Positions 37,733 through 45,070 of a stretch of 64,000 bases of DNA are shown one piece after another; positions within the stretch are counted from its first letter, which is position 1; every line of letters starts with the position of its first letter. Both the position numbers and the translations under genes were made by a program. Origin of the DNA: Candidatus Pacearchaeota archaeon (GTDB lineage: Archaea; Nanobdellota; Nanobdellia; Pacearchaeales; GW2011-AR1); contig JAGVXK010000021.1 of assembly GCA_018303825.1 (NCBI GenBank), positions 32,001 through 96,000 of the forward strand. The letters are read 5' to 3'. The notes under the pieces were generated by a model. That model saw nothing but the letters and a program-made list of their open reading frames with translations. It did not search any database and had not been told where the DNA came from.

Positions 37733-39356
37733 ATTTATTAAAAATATCTTCCAAAGAAATTTCAAGAACAGAAATAGGCATTTTTATATTCCATGCATTA
37801 AGTGTTTCGGGAGAAACTTCCCCAACATACCCTATTTCTTTCCCACCAAGAATTATTGCACCATTCCTCCCTTCTATTAGTTCTTCTTTCTTCGATTCTT
37901 TTAGACTATACACAATATCGAGAGTTTTGAACAGATAATCCAATGTTTGTTTTAATCGAGTAAAATTACTAGGGGAATATGCTATCAATAAATTAGTTCT
38001 TTCAAGAACACCGGATTCACTATTTCCCTTAGAAAAAACTGTTCCTATTTCGAAAACATTTTGGGGATATTCGTTATCTTTATTCTCTGAAAAAGCTCTC
38101 AACGCAGGAACTAACAGGTTATTTCTCAATATTTTATACTCTGTCTTAGAATCCATGACTTCTATCCTATTTTCTTCTCTTACTTTTGATGTTTTTGCTT
38201 CAGATCCCTTTATCAAATGATATGAAGACAATTCCAATAAGCCAAGACCTACAAGTATCTCAGACAGCTTAGACCTCATCTTGCTTTCAATTGATTCATT
38301 TCCAACAGTTGAAACATTTTGTATTTCGGGGACAATCTTATCATACCCATAAGCAATTGCAATATCTTCAATTATATCAACTTCATGAAGTATGTCTGTT
38401 CTCCAGGCAGGAACCTTTACTTTTCCATTAACATAATCATATCCCATTCGAGGAAGGAGCTTTTCAAGGTCTTTTTCCTTCAAAGACAAACCAAGAAGCT
38501 TATTTACATTCTCTATATTTATTTTCATAGTCTCTGGACTTAAGTCGGGTGTTTGTTCTTTCTTTCCATAATCTAAATCCATTGCATAAACCTTCCCACC
38601 CATATCAGCCAATGCAATAACAATAATGTTTAATGTCTTTTTTAGGATATTAAAGTCAAACCCGGAGCATTCAATGAAAACTTCCTTAGTTTGAAGAGTT
38701 ATTTTTCCAGTTTCGTGGCTATTGATTATAGGAGGCATGGATAATATCTCACCTTTCGCATCAACAAAAACAGGAAATTTGTCATATCCTTCCAATAATT
38801 TAGCATATTCTCTTCCAGTAGGGTGTCTCTGCAGTATCTGCAATCCATTCATCTCTTCAGTCATTTCCAAAGGGATAAACCTAATTTCTTGAGGTTTCCG
38901 AGCTTCATACTTTATAGGAAGAGATATCTTTTCAAGCGGATAAACTCCAATTGCAAGCTTCTTTCTGTTTCTTCCAAGAGTTGAATGAAGTTTTTCCTGT
39001 ATATCTATGATTTCTTTTATCTTTTCATCATTAAAATTTAGGTTTTTAACTATTGCACATGTAGTATACGGCCTTATGTTTTTAACGCTTGAATCTATTT
39101 TGACTTTGAAGTTCTTTTCAGGAGAATTTATCTTATATTTCTTCAATCCTGTTTCCTTGCCGAGAAATGCCCTAAACGCCCTAACATAACCTTGGAAGGA
39201 AAACAAATCAGGCCTGTTAGGCAATATCTCCAATTCTATTTCATCATTACTGATAGATTCAAGATGAGTTCCAAACATGCTTATCTTCTCTTCCATCTCC
39301 TTGTTCAGCTTGATGTGCTTCTCAAATTCTTTTCTTTGGAATTTTATGCTTGCCAT
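37725..39356 (-). CDS. pheT: Phenylalanine-tRNA ligase beta subunit (archaeal type)
   Basis: PNRPDL, QEKLH...RNRKKLAIG, SMPPIINS, DILHEVDIIEDIAIAYGY. Confidence 0.96.
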   Translation of the reverse strand: MASIKFQRKEFEKHIKLNKEMEEKISMFGTHLESISNDEIELEILPNRPDLFSFQGYVRAFRAFLGKETGLKKYKINSPEKNFKVKIDSSVKNIRPYTTCAIVKNLNFNDEKIKEIIDIQEKLHSTLGRNRKKLAIGVYPLEKISLPIKYEARKPQEIRFIPLEMTEEMNGLQILQRHPTGREYAKLLEGYDKFPVFVDAKGEILSMPPIINSHETGKITLQTKEVFIECSGFDFNILKKTLNIIVIALADMGGKVYAMDLDYGKKEQTPDLSPETMKINIENVNKLLGLSLKEKDLEKLLPRMGYDYVNGKVKVPAWRTDILHEVDIIEDIAIAYGYDKIVPEIQNVSTVGNESIESKMRSKLSEILVGLGLLELSSYHLIKGSEAKTSKVREENRIEVMDSKTEYKILRNNLLVPALRAFSENKDNEYPQNVFEIGTVFSKGNSESGVLERTNLLIAYSPSNFTRLKQTLDYLFKTLDIVYSLKESKKEELIEGRNGAIILGGKEIGYVGEVSPETLNAWNIKMPISVLEISLEDIFNKFR

Positions 39357-39901
39357 TTTTTGTGCCCCTCTTTAAGTAAACCATATATCTGTTCATTGTA
39401 AATTTTTCTATTGGCCTTGCTTCTGGCACTCTCTCTTGTAACTCCTTCTAGCTTAAATTTAAACTTTCTAAGCAACTTTCCTGACGAGGGATTGCCTTCA
39501 AAAACTCTTGCTTCAAGTCTTCTCAATTTTAGTTTCGTAAACGCAAAACCAATTATTGCTTTAAGTACTTCTGAGCCATATCCCTGTCTCCAATACTTCT
39601 GGCCAATCCAATAGCTGATAATCGCTGTACCCTGAAATTGACTTATATGACTTATCCCTATCTCTCCAATACATTCTTTTGTAGAGTTCAGGATAATACC
39701 AAACTCGTAACTATCTTTTATTTTTTTTGAAGATTTTAAGTTTTTATTTATCCACCATAATACGTCTTTCATCCTATATGGATATGGAACAACTAATAAC
39801 CATTTTGACACATTGAGATTATTTAGATTTTTAACTATGTTAATTGCATCAGTCTTTCTCAGTGATCTCAAAATCAATCTTGTTGTTTTTATTTCTGCCA
39901 T
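39344..39901 (-). CDS. GNAT N-acetyltransferase, RimJ/RimL type
   Basis: TTRLILR, ISYWIGQKYWRQGYGSE, NPSSGKLLRKFKFKLEG. Confidence 0.88.
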   Translation of the reverse strand: MAEIKTTRLILRSLRKTDAINIVKNLNNLNVSKWLLVVPYPYRMKDVLWWINKNLKSSKKIKDSYEFGIILNSTKECIGEIGISHISQFQGTAIISYWIGQKYWRQGYGSEVLKAIIGFAFTKLKLRRLEARVFEGNPSSGKLLRKFKFKLEGVTRESARSKANRKIYNEQIYGLLKEGHKKWQA

Positions 39902-39902
39902 G

Positions 39903-41453
39903 TTACCTTATCCAGGCCTTTTTCTCACGAAGAGCGCAAATATCATTGCCGTATAATTCTCTTAAATCCTTGATTTTGTAATAATCCATTATAACTCTGT
40001 CAAATCCCGGCCCCCAGGCAAGAACAGGAACATATTTTCCGAGAAGAGGAACAACAACTTCAGGACGGAAAATTCCAGCTCCGCCTATCTCAATCCAAAC
40101 CTTTTTTTCTTTATTATAGCCGTAGATTTCCACGCTTGGCTCAGTATATGGAAAGTAGGAAGGGTAGAACTTCACTTCATCATATCCCATCTTTGTAAAG
40201 AATTCTTTCAAATATCCCAACAAGTGGCGGAAATTTGCTTTCTCATCCACGACAATGCCTTCCGTCTGGTTGAATTCAAACCCGTGGCTCCAATCAACAG
40301 TCTCATTTCTAAAGCATCTTCCAACTGCGAAGAACTTTCCCGGAATATCTTTATCCTTCAACCTTGCTAATGTATGCGCAGATAGAGGAGTAGTATGTGT
40401 TCTCAATAATGGCTTCAATGCCTCTCCTTCTTTCCATGAATATTGCCAGCCTTTGCTTCCTGAAACGCCCGATTCATGCGCTTTTTTCACATTTTCAACT
40501 ATCTTTTTATCTGATAGCTTTCCATTAATATCTTTTAGAAAGAAAGTGTCATGAATTTCTCTTACAGGATGGTCCTGTGCTGTAAAAAGAGCATCGAAAT
40601 TCCAAAAGGAAGTATCTGCTATTGTTCCAGTCATCTCCTTAAATCCTAAATCAGTCCATATCTTTTTTGCATATTCAATGCTTTGGTTGACAAAATGCTT
40701 TTTCCCGCCATAAATCTCCGGAACGCTGGTAGTTACATCATAATGCCTGAATTTCTTTCCTTTTCCAGAAGCAATTATTTCAGGAGTTACTTCTTCCAAT
40801 AAATCAGTTGTTATTTCCTTTCCCGCTATTTGTTTTCCTAACTCTGTTAATTGGACACGTATCAATTTTTCTTCTTTTAATTCAACAATATCTTTTCTGT
40901 CTTTCAACTGCTCAAATGCATATGCCTGCTCCGACTCCAGCTTTCCTTTTTCCAAAGGAAGAACATCCAGGAATTGCTCTTCAAGTGATTTTTTAACCAA
41001 TTCTTCTTTCTTGGCGTTCAGAGATATTTTCCCATTAGTTAATCCGATGAGCGCTTTTTTCTTCAAAACTCCCAGAGCTGCTTTAAACTCATTATCACTT
41101 AATTTGGATAATTTTGCAGCTTCACCTAGAGGAATATAATTATTTGTTTCCAATAGAATGAGTAATTGTCTTTCAGGAAGACCTTTTTTCTTATAATATA
41201 TTCCGTTTGTGCCCAGATCTATCATTGTTTTTACGTCTGTTTCTATTTTCAATACCTCTTTTGCCTCGAGATATTTTAAAGCCATTATTACACCAGATTC
41301 TTCAAGTCCTGATTTTTCAACTATCTTCTTGAAACTAAGGTTCAAATGGGAAACTACTTTCCTTTCTATAGGAGATAACTTGTCTATTATACTATTTATA
41401 GATTCATTCTTTTCGGTATCATTTTCTTTTTTTACAGCTACTTCTTTTGACAT
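39903..41453 (-). CDS. pheS: Phenylalanine-tRNA ligase alpha subunit (archaeal type)
   Basis: FWNFDALF...HPVR, LRTHTT, FRNE, YFPYTEPS, GAGIFRPE, WGPGFDR. Confidence 0.97.
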   Translation of the reverse strand: MSKEVAVKKENDTEKNESINSIIDKLSPIERKVVSHLNLSFKKIVEKSGLEESGVIMALKYLEAKEVLKIETDVKTMIDLGTNGIYYKKKGLPERQLLILLETNNYIPLGEAAKLSKLSDNEFKAALGVLKKKALIGLTNGKISLNAKKEELVKKSLEEQFLDVLPLEKGKLESEQAYAFEQLKDRKDIVELKEEKLIRVQLTELGKQIAGKEITTDLLEEVTPEIIASGKGKKFRHYDVTTSVPEIYGGKKHFVNQSIEYAKKIWTDLGFKEMTGTIADTSFWNFDALFTAQDHPVREIHDTFFLKDINGKLSDKKIVENVKKAHESGVSGSKGWQYSWKEGEALKPLLRTHTTPLSAHTLARLKDKDIPGKFFAVGRCFRNETVDWSHGFEFNQTEGIVVDEKANFRHLLGYLKEFFTKMGYDEVKFYPSYFPYTEPSVEIYGYNKEKKVWIEIGGAGIFRPEVVVPLLGKYVPVLAWGPGFDRVIMDYYKIKDLRELYGNDICALREKKAWIR

Positions 41454-41483
41454 GTTAATATGATAGATTATGGATTTAAAAGC

Positions 41484-41930
41484 TTATTCAACTGCTTCCT
41501 TGGCTTGCTGTGTAGAAGCGCCAAGTGATAACAAAAGGGCAAAAACATCTCTCTTATCAGAATAACCAATAGCTTTAATCTTTGCTCCTGCCTTTCTGCA
41601 TATCTCTATGTTCTGCTTTATCTTTGTCAAAATAAAAGCTTTTTCCTTTTTATCTACATTCTGGAGAGTAGCAAAGTCTATACCAATAGATATTTTATTC
41701 TTTGAAGCAGCTTTAGCCATGACATAATCCAATCCAGAGTCAATGCTTCGAAGCGACCTTTTTCCCTGCAAAGATTCAGGAGAAAAAAGAACATCAAATC
41801 TCCCATATTCGAGTATTTTCCTGTTGAATTCAACATCCTGCGCCTTTACTATTATAGGTTTCTCTGCTTGCCTTATCATTTTCTTCGCTTCTTCTATCTT
41901 ATCTGTGCTTATGATGGTCATTTTAGTCAA
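41484..41930 (-). CDS. rnp3: RNase P protein subunit Rpp30 (short form)
   Basis: DVLFSPE...SGLDYVMAKAASKNKISIGID. Confidence 0.7.
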   Translation of the reverse strand: MTKMTIISTDKIEEAKKMIRQAEKPIIVKAQDVEFNRKILEYGRFDVLFSPESLQGKRSLRSIDSGLDYVMAKAASKNKISIGIDFATLQNVDKKEKAFILTKIKQNIEICRKAGAKIKAIGYSDKRDVFALLLSLGASTQQAKEAVE

Positions 41931-42177
41931 ATCCTATTACTTGGTATCCATATTTATCAATTTCTTCCTTCTTAAAATAAGGCATTTCATTTGTTTTTAA
42001 GACAATACCAACTTTCTTTTTAATCTCCCTGCCAGTCAGTTCGCCGTTAATTACTTCTTTTAATATCAAAATATCCCCTTCATTCACTTCAAAATCAGCA
42101 AGCCTTACTTCAAACTTCTTCTCTCCAGATAATATTTTATCAAACCATACTTTATCGCATTTCTTTGTTATTTTCAT
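41923..42177 (-). CDS. ASCH/DUF3850 domain protein
   Basis: FDKILSGEKKFEVR...GDILILKE. Confidence 0.8.
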   Translation of the reverse strand: MKITKKCDKVWFDKILSGEKKFEVRLADFEVNEGDILILKEVINGELTGREIKKKVGIVLKTNEMPYFKKEEIDKYGYQVIGFD

Positions 42178-42178
42178 C

Positions 42179-42868
42179 TTATCCAGATATAATTGTGCCT
42201 ATAAATTTCTTGCCTTTTAATAAATTATCAAGAGCAAAATTGGAGCCAATGATATAAGTTCTTATTCTATTCTTCCTTATTATATTGGAAGCCTGCTGGT
42301 CAAGAACAAAGTGCTGCCCAGCATGGAATTTTATCTTCTTTATCATATTATTAAAGTCTTTCCAGCTTATCTTTGGGATTAGTTTGGCATTTTTATTCTT
42401 TCTAGGATCTTCAGTATAAAGTCCTGGGACATTTGTAATATTAATAAATTCTGTATTCAAAAAATGAGCTAATTTAGAAGCGGTTCCATCGGTGGTGGAA
42501 CTCGGAGCGAAACGCAATGCTCCGCAGAATACAACCTTATTCTTTTTAAGATCATTTTCAACCTGCTCCATATTTAAAGGAAGCTTTACATTTGCATCCT
42601 TTCCAAAGAACTGTATCATAAACAAAGCATTCATTCTTGTCGCTCTTATTCCAGCCATTGCAATTTCATACTTTGACTTTCCTTCCTTTGCCAAGGCATC
42701 AATATATTTTCTTGCAATACTCCCTCCACCGCAGACAACAACAAACCTGTGATTATTGTAATGTTTCCTCAAAACCCTCTTAAATCCGTCAAGAATCTTA
42801 AAGTCCTGCTTGACTGGCATGATTATAGACCCTCCAAGAGATATAACAATAACTTTCTCCTTTTTCAT
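42179..42868 (-). CDS. pyrH: UMP kinase
   Basis: ISLGGS, VVCGGGSIAR, STTDG, TNVPGLYTEDP. Confidence 0.93.
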   Translation of the reverse strand: MKKEKVIVISLGGSIIMPVKQDFKILDGFKRVLRKHYNNHRFVVVCGGGSIARKYIDALAKEGKSKYEIAMAGIRATRMNALFMIQFFGKDANVKLPLNMEQVENDLKKNKVVFCGALRFAPSSTTDGTASKLAHFLNTEFINITNVPGLYTEDPRKNKNAKLIPKISWKDFNNMIKKIKFHAGQHFVLDQQASNIIRKNRIRTYIIGSNFALDNLLKGKKFIGTIISG

Positions 42869-42944
42869 AAATTGATAGGGAAAAGATTTTATTTAAACTT
42901 ATTCCTTTCATAGGGTATTTAAAGAAGGTATTTTAGTAAAAATA

Positions 42945-43550
42945 ATGGATAGTTTACTAAAATGGTATGCGGAAAGGAAAAACCAGATAAAATCCAGACT
43001 AAACGACTTCAAATCCCTAAAAGACAAAGAATATTTTAATGAATTGCTTTTCTGCCTTCTTACTCCTCAAAGCAATGCACAAAGCTGCTGGAAGGCTGTC
43101 CTTGAGTTAAAAAAAGTCAATCTCGAAAAAGCAAAAAAAACTCAGGTGGCAGACATTCTAAAATCAAAAACAAGATTTCATAATAACAAAGCAGGTTATA
43201 TCTTAGAAGCAGCAAGGAACTGGAATGATATAAAGGAAAAATTAAATAACAATAATTCTATTGAGTTAAGAAACTGGCTGGCTGAAAATGTAAAAGGCTT
43301 TGGATACAAGGAAGCAGGTCACTTTCTAAGAAATATAGGCAAATCAAATAACAAGATAGCAATCCTTGACCGGCACATACTAAGAAACCTAAAAGATATG
43401 AAAGTAATAGAGGAAGACAAAATAAAGAATAAGAATCATTACTTTAAAGTTGAGAATAATTTCTTAAAATTCTCCAATAAGATTAAGATACCTATAGATG
43501 AATTGGATTTATTGTTCTGGAGCAAGAAAAACAGAGAAGTATTCAAATAA
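42945..43550 (+). CDS. ogg: 8-oxoguanine DNA glycosylase / AP lyase
   Basis: LFCLLTPQS, RFHNNKA, HhH VKGFGYKEAGHFLRNIG, ILDRHI. Confidence 0.92.
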   Translation: MDSLLKWYAERKNQIKSRLNDFKSLKDKEYFNELLFCLLTPQSNAQSCWKAVLELKKVNLEKAKKTQVADILKSKTRFHNNKAGYILEAARNWNDIKEKLNNNNSIELRNWLAENVKGFGYKEAGHFLRNIGKSNNKIAILDRHILRNLKDMKVIEEDKIKNKNHYFKVENNFLKFSNKIKIPIDELDLLFWSKKNREVFK

Positions 43551-43653
43551 AGCATAGATAACAGACAACCTTCGCTAATTATCCGACAACAGCTCAACTA
43601 GTAATATACTAGCTAATAATTATTTTAAGTAGGATTATATTTACCAGTTTGAA

Positions 43654-44364
43654 TCATTCAAACTGATCGGGATTTAACTTGCGTTGAATAACGAATCTAG
43701 TTCCAACATAATCTGAAATAACTGCAGTCATGACATATCTATCGAAAGCAGCTTTAAATGCTCCTGTAAGCAGGGGTATTTTTGTCTTATCTGATATATC
43801 TTTCATTATTTGCATGATTTCCTCAGTTGAAAGGTTGATTGGAGAAGTTTGAATAATCCCAGATTTGTTTATGATTAATGGCTTTCCAGGACCAGGACAT
43901 TCTATACTTTGAACAAATCTGTCTTGTAAAATTGGAAGTATCTTCCCGAAACCAAGATTTGTTAAGGGGGTAATTATAGATTCCTGATAAGAATTATTTT
44001 TTGATTCCTTAGATATTTTTGCACTTTGCACAAATTCAATTGGGGGCTGCCCTCCAGTCCTTGGCACTGGAATTCCTTTCTGAAAACCTTGCTTTGGCTG
44101 TATCCTCTGCATAGGCCTGAACTGAGCAGGTCTTATTAATTGTTTAATCTGGACTGGAATGGGTTTTATCAACTGCCTTCCAACTTGTGTTCTTACCAGA
44201 GGTTTCTCTTCCTTCAAAAAAGCATAAACCTTTTTTTCAAGCCTCTCTTCCTCAATAATATTTTGATAATTAGCCAAAATAATATTTCTTATTAATTCTC
44301 GAAGAAATAATAATCTTATAGAATAATCTTTTTCTTTATCCTTGCTCTGGACTTGCTTTTTCAT
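43654..44364 (-). CDS. Hypothetical protein with a C-terminal region resembling the N-domain of secretion ATPases
   Basis: GFGKILPILQD..VQSIECPGPGKPLII...LSTEEI; no Walker A motif. Confidence 0.7.
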   Translation of the reverse strand: MKKQVQSKDKEKDYSIRLLFLRELIRNIILANYQNIIEEERLEKKVYAFLKEEKPLVRTQVGRQLIKPIPVQIKQLIRPAQFRPMQRIQPKQGFQKGIPVPRTGGQPPIEFVQSAKISKESKNNSYQESIITPLTNLGFGKILPILQDRFVQSIECPGPGKPLIINKSGIIQTSPINLSTEEIMQIMKDISDKTKIPLLTGAFKAAFDRYVMTAVISDYVGTRFVIQRKLNPDQFE

Positions 44365-44365
44365 T

Positions 44366-44875
44366 TTAAAACTTGGGCAAAGGTCTTCCTATTGATGGCT
44401 TGAATTCTTCGATTGACTTCTCCTCTCTTATTGGTTTTTCTTCCATTGCCATAGGCATTGATGAAGTTGATTGCTGTCCATAAACCCTCTCCCTTATTCT
44501 TTCTTCAACTAAAGTCAATCCCTTTGCAATAGTCTTGTTCTGCTCTAATAACTTATCTACTTTTTCCAAAAATTCCCTGTCTTTATCACTTGCCTGTATA
44601 GAAGGACTGGTTGCGAAGCTCCTTGCTGCATTTTCAAACAAGCCAAGCAAGGCAGAAATTTGATTTGTCAGCTTGTCAAACTTCTCAGCAAGATTAACAT
44701 TTACTTTCTGAAGTTCAATCAAATTTTCAACAATTTTATCTTCTAATTTTTTAGGCTTCGGATTATTAAAATTGCTTCTAAAAGGTCTTATCTTCCTATT
44801 GAGATAATGATGGCTAGTCTTAGGAGCCTCTTTACGAACCTCTTTAATAATTGTCTTAGTGACCTCTTTTGTCAT
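44366..44875 (-). CDS. Hypothetical coiled-coil protein
   Basis: Heptad-rich central region. Confidence 0.7.
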   Translation of the reverse strand: MTKEVTKTIIKEVRKEAPKTSHHYLNRKIRPFRSNFNNPKPKKLEDKIVENLIELQKVNVNLAEKFDKLTNQISALLGLFENAARSFATSPSIQASDKDREFLEKVDKLLEQNKTIAKGLTLVEERIRERVYGQQSTSSMPMAMEEKPIREEKSIEEFKPSIGRPLPKF

Positions 44876-44981
44876 GTTTTAGTTAAGGAGAAATTGTTTA
44901 TAAACCTTATTACTTTAAAATGATTAAATAAAAGAAAGCGCGTAGTAAAGCTTAAAATAGGCTTTATTTTAAAGGTTGTAG

Positions 44982-45065
44982 GGGTCCATATTTAAATGGC
45001 ATAATTTTCGGCTCCAGAATTTTTGGAGCAACCGAAAGTCGAGGGTTCGATTCCCTCTGGGCCCA
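44982..45065 (+). tRNA. tRNA-Trp (anticodon CCA) with 13-nt intron (45018-45030)
   Basis: Acceptor GGGTCCA/TGGGCCC, anticodon stem TTCGG/CCGAA, CTCC/GGAG BHB central helix, T arm GAGGG-TTCGATT-CCCTC. Confidence 0.9.
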
Positions 45066-45070
45066 TTTAC

